DNA of 64,000 nt, taken from NCBI GenBank assembly GCA_965232515.1, contig CBDDPY010000002.1, positions 3,776,001 to 3,840,000 of the forward strand, read 5' to 3'. Made by a program: the position numbers and the translations under genes. Below are positions 28,799 through 38,187 of the stretch, in pieces. Position 1 is the first letter of the stretch. Every line of letters starts with the position of its first letter. Below the pieces are notes generated by a model. That model saw only the letters and a list, made by a program, of their open reading frames with translations. It had not been told where the DNA came from and searched no databases. This stretch comes from Alphaproteobacteria bacterium. Its GTDB lineage: Bacteria; Pseudomonadota; Alphaproteobacteria; GCA-2731375.

Positions 28799-29539
28799 CT
28801 AAGCCCCCGCAGGCTTGGGGTTGAAGAACGGTATCCGGAACTCATCAGTTACCTCGGCGAGGATGTCGGTGACCCGGTATTCGGCTGTAATCGACCGCTT
28901 GTTGGTCGGGTCCTCGATCTCGTACCGCCAGGTCGTGCCGAAGCCCAGAGCCTTGTCGACGCTGACGATGGTGCCGCCGAAGACGGTGAAATCGCGATCC
29001 GGCACATCGCTGACGCGCGCCCGCAGGATGCTCAACATGTCCTCGGGCCGCAGAAAGGCGGAGACGCCGACGTCCTGGTAAAGCCGGCCGTCGACCCAAC
29101 TGCGAAGCACGCAATCGTCCCAGCTCGCCCGAATTTCCTCGTAAGGCCAGAGAACCGGACCGAGATGATTGGGACAGGCCTGCTTGCTGCCGGGGATCGA
29201 GACTGTTTCCAGCGCCCGGTCGGTATGGTCGCTGCCGACGCCGACATAGACCTGGTCGGCGACATGAATGACGATTTCCACCTCGCCCGACGTCCGGTCG
29301 GTCTGCACGAAGACTTCGTCGTCCTGAACCAGCGCCGGGACGCCGATCGGATAGATCCGCGGCGACGGCACGTCGAAGGCGATGTGGATGCCGGATTTCG
29401 CGACTTCTTCCTGATGCGCGACCGCGGTATCGGGATTGCGCGTGGCCGAGCCCAGATTGTAAAGCCGTCTGACGTCAAAGACCTCGACCCGTGGGTCGCC
29501 TTGCAGCGGTTCGACCCGCGCCTCGAACTGTCCGCTCAC
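28799..29539 (-). CDS. DUF2848-like protein (probable FAH-like fold)
   Basis: GTG start 29539 in GTGA overlap with GGAGG RBS. TSGEVE, VGVGSDHTDRALE, SKQACP, LYQD motifs. Confidence 0.75.
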   Translation of the reverse strand: MSGQFEARVEPLQGDPRVEVFDVRRLYNLGSATRNPDTAVAHQEEVAKSGIHIAFDVPSPRIYPIGVPALVQDDEVFVQTDRTSGEVEIVIHVADQVYVGVGSDHTDRALETVSIPGSKQACPNHLGPVLWPYEEIRASWDDCVLRSWVDGRLYQDVGVSAFLRPEDMLSILRARVSDVPDRDFTVFGGTIVSVDKALGFGTTWRYEIEDPTNKRSITAEYRVTDILAEVTDEFRIPFFNPKPAGA

Positions 29540-30588
29540 GCAAGTTCCTCCAAATCGAGGGCGACGGGATCGACGCCCGCGCCGATATGGCGTCGCCACA
29601 TCCATATCCGTTTGAGTATCCGACCGCCGGTCGCGCCCGGCGCGAACGCCTCGCGGCCATGCAGCATGACCAGATTGTTCACAAGCAGGATTTCGCCGGG
29701 CTGAAGTGGATGCCGGAAGCACAATTCGGGGCGTTCGATGACCGCGTCCAGGAAATCGAGCGCTTCGCGCTGACGGGCGTCGAGCGGCGTGCCCGCCAAC
29801 TCCATGCCCGGCTCGATCATCACGCGCGCGTAGTGGATCCGAAGTTCGCCGTGGCTGAACTCCAAGACCGGTTTCCGGATGGTCGGCCCGCCGCTCGGCC
29901 AGACATGCAATTGCGGCGACCGGAAATGATAGTGATCGAAATAGAGCGGCAGCAGATCGGGGCGTTCCCGTTGAATCGTGTCGAAGATGGTCCGGGCCGA
30001 AATCACGGTGCTGTCACCGCCGTCGCTGGCGGCGCGATAGCAAAGCAGGCCGATATAACAGGGCGGTCGGGGCTCCAGACAGCCGTTGTCCGAATGCTTG
30101 GCCGACCGTTTGGCGCTTGCGCCGATCCGGGTCGGATCGGTATTCGCCGCGCCTCTGTCCGACACCGTGAACAGCCGGCGATCGGTGGCGATGCCCTGGC
30201 GTACGGGACGTCCGAGATAATTGCAGAGTCCCCAGGCAATGATCTCGGCGTCGGATTCGGAGAATGTCGACGGATCGAGGCCACGAAGAATGGCGATGCC
30301 GATGCCATGGTCGAGCTGGGCCTGAATTTCACCGACGTCGGCGGCGAAGCTCGGAACCCGAAAATCCTCCTGCTCGACATTGTCCACGGTCAGCCCATTC
30401 GCATGCGCAAAACGCAGACACCGATCGATCTCCGCCAGGGCCATATCCTTGAGATCGAAACAGACGGATGACGATGACAGGGATTGCCGGTTCCAGGCGC
30501 GCGCCTGGGGCTCATTCGCGGGGAGTTCTCGTATGGCCGGCGCGGTTTTCGCACCGTCACCGGAAACGGCCGGCATTGGCTCGTACAT
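29536..30588 (-). CDS. TauD/TfdA family Fe(II)/2-oxoglutarate dioxygenase
   Basis: HSD (HxD), GLLC...GGDS, LQPGEILLVNN...LHGR...R. Start position uncertain (30588-30615). Confidence 0.85.
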   Translation of the reverse strand: MYEPMPAVSGDGAKTAPAIRELPANEPQARAWNRQSLSSSSVCFDLKDMALAEIDRCLRFAHANGLTVDNVEQEDFRVPSFAADVGEIQAQLDHGIGIAILRGLDPSTFSESDAEIIAWGLCNYLGRPVRQGIATDRRLFTVSDRGAANTDPTRIGASAKRSAKHSDNGCLEPRPPCYIGLLCYRAASDGGDSTVISARTIFDTIQRERPDLLPLYFDHYHFRSPQLHVWPSGGPTIRKPVLEFSHGELRIHYARVMIEPGMELAGTPLDARQREALDFLDAVIERPELCFRHPLQPGEILLVNNLVMLHGREAFAPGATGGRILKRIWMWRRHIGAGVDPVALDLEELA

Positions 30589-30629
30589 GTCGCTCGCCAC
30601 CCCCTCCCCCAACACCTCGCTCGATACCG

Positions 30630-30651
30630 ATAACGTTATAATGTTATAACA
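30630..30651. promoter_or_regulatory. HutC-family GntR operator (palindromes)
   Basis: TGTTATAACA perfect palindrome at 30642-30651, fitting GT-N-TA-N-AC. Adjacent ATAACGTTAT at 30630-30639. Located between the divergent tauD-like and gntR genes. Confidence 0.65.
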
Positions 30652-30748
30652 ATGGGTGCAATGCAGGACGTTATGCCTATGCTGGAAATCGGCTGTTGAC
30701 GTCGGTGGCGCTGACAGGGGCCATCAATCCAAAGGTGTCGCGAAACGA

Positions 30749-31597
30749 ATGACCGATCGACTCTCCGCCGAAGGGCTTACGCCGTTGAAACTCGACGGCT
30801 CGCAACGACAAAGCCCGTTTCACCATCAAGTGTTTCTGGTCCTGCGCGACAAGATCCAGTCCGGCGCCTGGCCGGAGGGAAAGGTGATCCCGAGCGAGGC
30901 GAAGCTTGCCGAAGCCTTCTCGGTCTCGCGCATCACCGTGCGCCAGGCGGTCAACCGGCTGGCCGACATCGGTCTGGTCGGCCGCAAACAGGGACGCGGC
31001 ACCTGGGTCCTGCCGAACACGGCCGAACCGGTCATGCGGATGGACGCCACATCGATCATCGACGGCCTGTTCGAGATCGGCCGGGCGACGACGGCGACGC
31101 TGCTGGAGCATCAGACGATTCCGGCGCCGCCGCATGTCGCCGACGCGCTGGGCCTGGAAAACGGCACGCCCGTGCTCCGGACCGTTCGCGTCCGGTCGTC
31201 ATCGGGCGAGACATTTTCGCATATCGTTTCGCATGTCCCGGCGGCCACCGCCCGCAACTTCACCGAAGAAGAGCTGACGAACGGTTCGCTGGTGGAGATG
31301 CTGGAATCCCAGGGCCTGCGTCTCGCCCGCGCGCGCCAGAGCATTTCCGCCGGCCTGGCGGACCCCGGTCTGGCCCGGGCGTTGGGGATCGATATCGGCT
31401 CGCCGCTGCTCACCGCCAAGCGCGTCATGATCGACGACAGCGGCCGCAAGGTTCAGTACATCGAAGCCAGCTACAGGCCCGACAGGTTCCAATACTGGAT
31501 CGACCTCGACCGGGTTTCTTCCGGCGGCGGCAAGGGCCAGGCCTTCGTCGTCAGCAGCGCCGGCCGCGTCGAGCCGTCGCCCGAGGCCGCGGAATGA
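30749..31597 (+). CDS. GntR family regulator, HutC/UTRA subfamily
   Basis: IPSEAKLAEAFSVSRITVRQA...QGRGTWV; UTRA domain ending YRPDRF. Confidence 0.92.
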   Translation: MTDRLSAEGLTPLKLDGSQRQSPFHHQVFLVLRDKIQSGAWPEGKVIPSEAKLAEAFSVSRITVRQAVNRLADIGLVGRKQGRGTWVLPNTAEPVMRMDATSIIDGLFEIGRATTATLLEHQTIPAPPHVADALGLENGTPVLRTVRVRSSSGETFSHIVSHVPAATARNFTEEELTNGSLVEMLESQGLRLARARQSISAGLADPGLARALGIDIGSPLLTAKRVMIDDSGRKVQYIEASYRPDRFQYWIDLDRVSSGGGKGQAFVVSSAGRVEPSPEAAE

Positions 31598-32319
31598 CGA
31601 CGGAGAGATCGCTTTGCGTCGTCGGCGCCTGCGGCGGCATTGGGGCGGCTATCGCCCGCCGGGCAGCAGCGGCCGGCTACGCACCCCTGATCCTGATGGA
31701 CCGGAATGAATCAGGTCTGCAAGACCTGGCACGGGAAACGGACGGGATCGCGATCGCGGTCGATATCACCGATGACGACGCCGTCGAGGCGGCGTTCGCC
31801 AAGGCCCGGTCCAGCGTGGCGCGCCTCTACGGCCTGGTGCTGGCGGCCGGTGTCGTCGACAACGGCAAGCTCGCGGACCTGACAGCACGCCAGTGGGCCG
31901 ATATTCTGGCCGTCAACCTGACCGGCCCGTTTCTGTGCTGCCGCGCGGCGCAGGACTGGCTGGCCAATGGCGGCCGGATCGTGACATTGGGCTCGCTCGC
32001 CGGACGCACCGGCGGCGTCATCACCGGCACGGCCTACGCCGCCTCCAAGGGCGGCATCGAGTCGCTCACCAAATCGATGGCGCAGGAACTGGCGCCACGC
32101 GCCATCACCGTCAACTGCGTCGCGCCGGGCGCCGTCGAAACCCCGATGCTGGCCGCCCACCCACCGGAGCGGAAGGCCGCCATGTCGGCCGCAACGCCGC
32201 TGAAACGCATGGCGTCGCCCGAAGAGATCGCGGCCGCCGTTTCCTATCTGCTGCAACCCGACGCCGCGTTTACGACCGGCGCCGTCCTGGCCGTCAACGG
32301 CGGCCTGAGAATGGACTGA
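31594..32319 (+). CDS. Short-chain dehydrogenase/reductase (FabG-like)
   Basis: GACGGIG, YAASK, NGG. Confidence 0.9.
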   Translation: MTTERSLCVVGACGGIGAAIARRAAAAGYAPLILMDRNESGLQDLARETDGIAIAVDITDDDAVEAAFAKARSSVARLYGLVLAAGVVDNGKLADLTARQWADILAVNLTGPFLCCRAAQDWLANGGRIVTLGSLAGRTGGVITGTAYAASKGGIESLTKSMAQELAPRAITVNCVAPGAVETPMLAAHPPERKAAMSAATPLKRMASPEEIAAAVSYLLQPDAAFTTGAVLAVNGGLRMD

Positions 32320-32331
32320 GCGGTATAGCCA

Positions 32332-34320
32332 ATGTCCGACGGTCCGCATTCCCGCTACCCCAACGTCTTCCGGCCCATCCGGATCGGCCGGACGGCGGTC
32401 CGGAACCGGATCTTCGTGCCCGCGCATACCACCAGCTTCGGCGAGAACAACCTGCCGAGCGACCGGCACCTCGCCTATCACCGGGCGCGGGCCGCAGGTG
32501 GCGCCGGGCTGATCATCTTCGAGGGCATCCGGGTCCACCGCTCCAGCCTGGGACGTCAGCAGGGCGTCAACGGCTACGACCGGGCGGCGATCCCGAAGTT
32601 CCGGGACATCGCCCGCGCCGTGCAGGACGAAGGCGGCAGGCTGTTCGGCCAGATCATCCATCTCGGCCGACATATCGACGGCAACTTCACACGCACGCCG
32701 TCCTGGAGCGCGTCCGCCATCCCCTGGTCGGCGACCGCGCCGGCGCCGCATCCGATGACGACGGACGAAATCGCCACGGTGGTCGCGGCCCATGGGGATG
32801 TCGCGATGAACCTGATGGAAGCGGGCCTCGACGGCATCGAATTGCAGATGGCGCACGGACACCTGTTGCAGCAGTTCCTGTCGCCCGCGAGCAACCGGCG
32901 GACCGACGACTACGGCGGATCGCCTGAAAACCGCCTGCGCTTCGCATTGGAAACCCTGGCGGCCGTGCGCCGTGCGATGGGGCCGGACCGGACGCTCGGC
33001 ATCCGCATCAGCGCCGATGAGTATCTTGCGGGCGGCCTCACGCTCGACGACATGACGGATATCGTCCGGCGGCTGGGCGACGCGGTGCAGGTGGATTTCG
33101 TCAACGTGTCGCATTCGGCTTATCACGGCAGCTACACGGTCTCGACCCAGATGGCCGACATGGCCTTCACGCTGGCCGAGTTCCAGCCGCTGACCCGCCG
33201 GATCGCCGCCGCCCTCGATGGCGCCGCCGACCGGCCCGTGGTGATGACGGTCTGCCGCTATCAGGAGATCGCGCAGGCGGAAGAGATGCTGGCGAGCGGC
33301 GATACGGATCTGGTCGGCATGGCCCGCGCCCATATCGCCGATCCGGATATCGTCAACAAGGCGCATGATGGCCGTGAAGCCGATACCACGCCTTGCATCG
33401 GCTGCAATCAAGGCTGCGCCGGGTTCCTGGCGCAAAGCCTGGCGATTACCTGCCTGACCAACCCGCGCGCCGGCAAGGAACGGTCGTGGCCATTGCCGGA
33501 AGCGGACAAAGCCGACGATCCGAAACGCGTGCTGGTCGTCGGCGGCGGACCGGCCGGCATGGAGGCGGCCTGGGTTGCCGCGGCGCGCGGGCACGCGGTG
33601 ACGCTGTGGGAGCGGTCGGACCGGCTCGGCGGCCAACTGAACTGGCTCGAGAAGATGCCGCTGCGCGCCGAGTTCGCGAAGCTGCTGACCTCACAACAGC
33701 GACGGCTCGAGCGCCATGACGTCAAGATCCAGCTGGGCACGGAAGCGACCATGGACTCGATCGACGGCCACGACGCGGACGCAGTCGTATTTGCAACGGG
33801 CGGCCGTCCGATGGCGCAGAGGCTCGCCAGCGGCCCGGTCGCGTTGACGCTACAGGACGCGCTTGCCGACCCGGACGCGCTCGGGCAGAACGTGGTCATG
33901 GTCGACGCGCTGGGCACCTGGTCGGTCGTCAGCGTGGCCGAGTTCCTAGCCGATGCCGGCAAGACGGTGACGCTGATCGCACCGACTGGCACGCCCGGCT
34001 GGACCATCAGCATGTACAGCGCCTTCGCCCTGCGCGACCGGTTGAAACGCAAGAAGATCCGGGTGATCGGCGGCCATGCGCTGCACGATCACGTCAACGG
34101 CGTGGCCCAGTTGACCGATCTATCGACCGGCGAACCCGGACCCACCGTGCGCGCCGACAGCGTCATCGCCCCGCTGCACGGCTCGGCCGACGATGCCCTT
34201 CGCAACCGCTTCGACGCCACCACAACATCGTTTCGCTGCCTCAGCGCCGGCGACTGCCAATCCCCCCGAACCGCTCTCGAAGCCGTTTACGAAGGCCACG
34301 AAGCCGGCCGCGCGATTTGA
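32332..34320 (+). CDS. OYE/FadH-like NADH:flavin oxidoreductase (second paralog)
   Basis: RNRIFVPAH, QQFLSP, RTDDYGGS, CIGCNQGC...C, GGGPAG. Confidence 0.9.
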   Translation: MSDGPHSRYPNVFRPIRIGRTAVRNRIFVPAHTTSFGENNLPSDRHLAYHRARAAGGAGLIIFEGIRVHRSSLGRQQGVNGYDRAAIPKFRDIARAVQDEGGRLFGQIIHLGRHIDGNFTRTPSWSASAIPWSATAPAPHPMTTDEIATVVAAHGDVAMNLMEAGLDGIELQMAHGHLLQQFLSPASNRRTDDYGGSPENRLRFALETLAAVRRAMGPDRTLGIRISADEYLAGGLTLDDMTDIVRRLGDAVQVDFVNVSHSAYHGSYTVSTQMADMAFTLAEFQPLTRRIAAALDGAADRPVVMTVCRYQEIAQAEEMLASGDTDLVGMARAHIADPDIVNKAHDGREADTTPCIGCNQGCAGFLAQSLAITCLTNPRAGKERSWPLPEADKADDPKRVLVVGGGPAGMEAAWVAAARGHAVTLWERSDRLGGQLNWLEKMPLRAEFAKLLTSQQRRLERHDVKIQLGTEATMDSIDGHDADAVVFATGGRPMAQRLASGPVALTLQDALADPDALGQNVVMVDALGTWSVVSVAEFLADAGKTVTLIAPTGTPGWTISMYSAFALRDRLKRKKIRVIGGHALHDHVNGVAQLTDLSTGEPGPTVRADSVIAPLHGSADDALRNRFDATTTSFRCLSAGDCQSPRTALEAVYEGHEAGRAI

Positions 34321-34602
34321 TCGTCGACGGGTGGCAAACTGATACCACTCGACCTGTCTCCGCCAAGAGACAGATCGGGAGGCCGGCCGGGCCGGCATTA
34401 TTGCAAGTAACTGTCTTTGAGCCGGAGCGAGAACGAAAACTCCAGCGCTTCACGTCATCGGGGTCCCCCAACGCAGAGGTCCGGTGACAATGCCCATCCA
34501 AGCGAAGGCTGAAGCAGTGGCTTGGCTCACGACAGAATTCCGTCCAGCAAGGATCGCCCATCGATTTCGCATCATGCAATGAATCTTCATATCGTGTGAC
34601 GA

Positions 34603-34653
34603 TTTGCAATACCTCTACAAGCGGCTATCATAATCGGCGTCAAATATCTGACG
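34603..34653 (+). promoter_or_regulatory. Putative promoter and operator palindrome upstream of the TRAP operon
   Basis: TTTGCA-N17-TATCAT, followed by the inverted repeat CGTCA-AATATC-TGACG (34638-34653). Confidence 0.45.
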
Positions 34654-34729
34654 TACGAAACGCGTATCCGAAAGCGTTCATGCGGGTCGTCGCCGGGACG
34701 ACAGAAGTCGAAACAGGGAGGTAATCACC

Positions 34730-35686
34730 ATGCGCAAACCGATCCTTGGCGCGCTGGCATTGGCGCTTGGCCTGAGCGCCGCGTCAATCGCCCATGCCGA
34801 GCAGTTCATCCGAGTCGGCGGGGGCCTGGCCGGAACCTATCCGTTGTTTGCCGCCAAACTCGTCGAGCTGATCAACAAGAACATCCCGGACGTCAAGGCG
34901 GCCGTCGTCTCCGGCGAGACCGAGAAATCGCAGATCGGGTTGGAGAAGGGATCGATCAACTTCAACATCTCCTACACCTACGTCACCAAATACATTTATG
35001 ACGGCAAGGCTAGCCTGAAGCTGCCGACGCCCAAGGTGCGCCATGTCATCACGATGTACGGCTCCAGCCTGCAGACGGTCGCCAAGAAGGACGGCGTCAC
35101 GGACCTGCGCGAGCTGACGAAGAAGCCGCTCCGGGTCTGGATGGGCGCGAAGAACGGCTTCTTCTATCAGTTGGCCGAACCGGTGATGCGCGCGCACGGC
35201 TTCGGCGTTGACGATGTGAAGTCGGCCGGCGGCGTCATCGAAACGTTTGGCTATGGCGATACCGTGCAGGCCTTCCAGGACGGTCGCCTCGATGTCAGCT
35301 TTTTCGCCGGGCCGGTGCCTTATGGTCTGGCGTTGCAGGTCGAGCAAAGCCCGGGCTTCCATCTCCTGGATATGGACGACGCGGCGCTGAGCAAGCTGGA
35401 AGAACTGCTGCCGGGCATGACACGAACCGTGATTCCGGCCGGCTCCTATAAGGGCCAGGTCAAGGACGCCCACGTGCCGTACTTCGTGAACCAGCTGACC
35501 ACCAGCACCAACACGCCTGACGAGATCGTCTATCAGGTCACCAAGATCATGTACGAGCAGTACAAGGCGTTTCACGGGCTGTTTCCGGGTTCGGAAGAAA
35601 TCGACGACAAGGACCCGCTGGCTCACAACCTGGTCCCCGTGCATCCCGGCGCGGAGCGTTACTACAAGGAAATCGGGTTGATGTAG
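34730..35686 (+). CDS. TAXI-family TRAP transporter solute receptor
   Basis: Signal peptide, GGLAGTY, C-terminal PVHPGAERYYKEIG. Confidence 0.9.
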   Translation: MRKPILGALALALGLSAASIAHAEQFIRVGGGLAGTYPLFAAKLVELINKNIPDVKAAVVSGETEKSQIGLEKGSINFNISYTYVTKYIYDGKASLKLPTPKVRHVITMYGSSLQTVAKKDGVTDLRELTKKPLRVWMGAKNGFFYQLAEPVMRAHGFGVDDVKSAGGVIETFGYGDTVQAFQDGRLDVSFFAGPVPYGLALQVEQSPGFHLLDMDDAALSKLEELLPGMTRTVIPAGSYKGQVKDAHVPYFVNQLTTSTNTPDEIVYQVTKIMYEQYKAFHGLFPGSEEIDDKDPLAHNLVPVHPGAERYYKEIGLM

Positions 35687-35853
35687 CCCGCCTCGGCGCG
35701 CCGGCACATTGAAACGCGTGGGCCCAAGCCGGACCACGCGTTTCCTTTGCCAGCGCACCGCGAAGGTTACGCTGTCCGAACCGCATCGGTTCGCCAATCG
35801 CGGTCATCCCGCGAGCGTCGGCGGCATGCGGCGGACAATCCGCGAGACCCGTC

Positions 35854-38187
35854 ATGAGTGACACGACGGCCTATTTGATACGGCCAAACAGGACCGGCGG
35901 TCCGACCATGGTCGCCTGGATCGTCCTCGTCCTGGCGGTTTTCTTCGTCGTCATTCACCTTTACGCCGGCTTTTACGGATCGCCGGATTCGCTGCTGTTC
36001 CGTTCGCTGCACGTTTGCGCCGCGCTGATCCTGGTGTTTCTCTGCAACCCGCTGCGGCGGTTCGGGCGGCTCGGCCGGCCGATCGATGTCGTGCTCTGCC
36101 TCGGCACGCTCTGGTGCCAGACCTATTTCCTGATCGAGCTCGATACCTGGGGCGAGCGCACGGTGTTCTTTCGCCCGATCGACTATGTCACGTCCGTTCT
36201 CTTCATCGCCATCGTGCTGGAGGCCACCCGTCGGTCGGTCGGCCTGATCCTGGTCGTCATCTGCCTCGTCTTCATGACCCACGCGCTCTACGCCAATTAT
36301 TTCCCCGGCATGTTCTACGGGCCGCCCACAACGCTGGAGAACCTGCTGCAGTCGGTCTTCCTCGGCAGCACCGGCATCTTCGGCGTCGCCGTTGCCGTGA
36401 TGTCGCAGTTCGTCGTCCTGTTCATCCTGTTCGGCACGTTGCTGAACGCGACCGGCGGCGGCGCGTTCTTCACCCGCCTGGCCTTCGCGCTGTTCGGCCA
36501 CCGCGTCGGCGGTCCGGCGAAAGCGGCCGTGATCTCGTCGGCCATGATGGGCTCGCTGTCCGGCAGCTCGATCGGCAACGTCATGACCACGGGCGTGTTC
36601 ACGATCCCGTTGATGATCAAGCTCGGCTACCGGCGCGCCTTTGCCGGCGGTGTCGAAGCGGCCGCCTCCAACGGCGGCATCATCATGCCGCCGGTCATGG
36701 GCGCCGTCGCCTTCATCATGGCCGAGTTCCTGGACCGGCCTTATCTCGAAATCATCATCGCCGCCTTTATCCCGGCCCTGCTCTATTTTCTGGTGATCTT
36801 CGTGACCGTGCATTGCGAGGCGAAGAAGCTCGGTTTGCGCACGATCGAGAAAGCGCTGCTGCCAAGCCCGTGGCGGCTGGTCCGGCAGCAGGGGTATCTC
36901 GCGCTGCCACTGCTGTTGATCATTGGCGCGCTGGCGCTCGGCTATTCCATCGTTCTGGTCGCCGTCGTCATCATCATGGCGACCTTCGTGATCGGCGTCG
37001 TGCAACGGCAGAACCGCCTGAACCCGACACGGCTGCTGCAGGTCTTCGAGAACACCGCGCGAGCGACGGTGGGCCTGTCGGCGACGGCGGCCGCGGCGGG
37101 CATCATTCTCGGCGCGATCTTTGCCATCGGGCTGAGCTTTCAGATCGCGCAGGCCGCGTCCGAGGCCGCCGGCGGCCAGATCTGGCTGCTGCTGATCATC
37201 AGCGGCGTGATGGCGCTGGTCATGGGCATGGGCATGACGGCCGCGGCCATCTACATCACGCTCGTCGCGACCATCATTCCGATCCTGGTGATCGCCGGCG
37301 TGCCGACAATCGCCGCGCATTTCTTCGCCTTCTATTACGGCATCATCTCGAACATCACGCCGCCAATCGCGCTGACGGCCTATGCGGCGGCGCCGTTGGC
37401 CGGGACCGGGCCGATGCAGACCGCTTTCCAGGCTTCGCGTCTCGGCGCCGGCTGCTTCGTCCTGCCGATCCTGTTCATTTACGCCCCTGGCCTGCTGTTC
37501 GAGGGCACCTGGTGGGAGATCGTCAGTGTCTCCTTCACGTCGGGCATCGGTCTGATTTCGTTCGCCCTGCCGTTGACCGGCTATATCTGGGCGCCGTTAC
37601 CGCCCTATCAGCGGATGGTGCTGCTGCTTGCCAGCCTGCTGCTGATCTTCCCCGACGGCCTGTCCGACATTATCGGGCTGGTCCTGTTCAGTGCGGTGGT
37701 GGGGGCGAACTGGCTGGCGGCGCGCGCCGGCGACGCGGATCGCACCGCCGCGACCGCCGCCGCATCCGCGGGCGAGGAAGCGGTACGTGTCGAAACAGGC
37801 GGCGTCATGGCGCGATTCGCCCGCGCCCGCATCTCCAAGGACGTCGAGGCGGCGGCGGAGACACCCGACCTGTCGCGCAAGGATACGGACGCCATCCTGG
37901 CCGCGCTGACGGACTCCGACACCGAAGGGTCCGATAGCCGCTACCGCAGCACGCGGCTGCTATGGGCCGGCTGGATCGTGACCGCCGTGCTGGCCGTCGT
38001 CATGGAAGCCTCCGGCAGCTACTTCCTGCACGCCCGCCATCCGTTGCTTTGGGTGCTGGTGATGTTCCTGATGGCCGTCGTTGGCGTTGTCGGCGTCGTC
38101 CTGGCGGCACGCCAGGACGCGAAATCAGACGCCGGCGATCACGATCCCGCGGCCTTGAGCGACTCCCAGAATCCCTCGCGGGCATAG
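35854..38187 (+). CDS. TRAP transporter fused 4TM/12TM permease
   Basis: GGPAKAAV, SGSSIGN, IMPPVMGAVAF, GMG, ITPP motifs. Confidence 0.92.
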   Translation: MSDTTAYLIRPNRTGGPTMVAWIVLVLAVFFVVIHLYAGFYGSPDSLLFRSLHVCAALILVFLCNPLRRFGRLGRPIDVVLCLGTLWCQTYFLIELDTWGERTVFFRPIDYVTSVLFIAIVLEATRRSVGLILVVICLVFMTHALYANYFPGMFYGPPTTLENLLQSVFLGSTGIFGVAVAVMSQFVVLFILFGTLLNATGGGAFFTRLAFALFGHRVGGPAKAAVISSAMMGSLSGSSIGNVMTTGVFTIPLMIKLGYRRAFAGGVEAAASNGGIIMPPVMGAVAFIMAEFLDRPYLEIIIAAFIPALLYFLVIFVTVHCEAKKLGLRTIEKALLPSPWRLVRQQGYLALPLLLIIGALALGYSIVLVAVVIIMATFVIGVVQRQNRLNPTRLLQVFENTARATVGLSATAAAAGIILGAIFAIGLSFQIAQAASEAAGGQIWLLLIISGVMALVMGMGMTAAAIYITLVATIIPILVIAGVPTIAAHFFAFYYGIISNITPPIALTAYAAAPLAGTGPMQTAFQASRLGAGCFVLPILFIYAPGLLFEGTWWEIVSVSFTSGIGLISFALPLTGYIWAPLPPYQRMVLLLASLLLIFPDGLSDIIGLVLFSAVVGANWLAARAGDADRTAATAAASAGEEAVRVETGGVMARFARARISKDVEAAAETPDLSRKDTDAILAALTDSDTEGSDSRYRSTRLLWAGWIVTAVLAVVMEASGSYFLHARHPLLWVLVMFLMAVVGVVGVVLAARQDAKSDAGDHDPAALSDSQNPSRA

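Noticed and set aside
21150-34320. Mycofactocin system, suggested by paired FadH/OYE genes
   Set aside because: No mftA peptide, radical SAM or other mft genes in the window.
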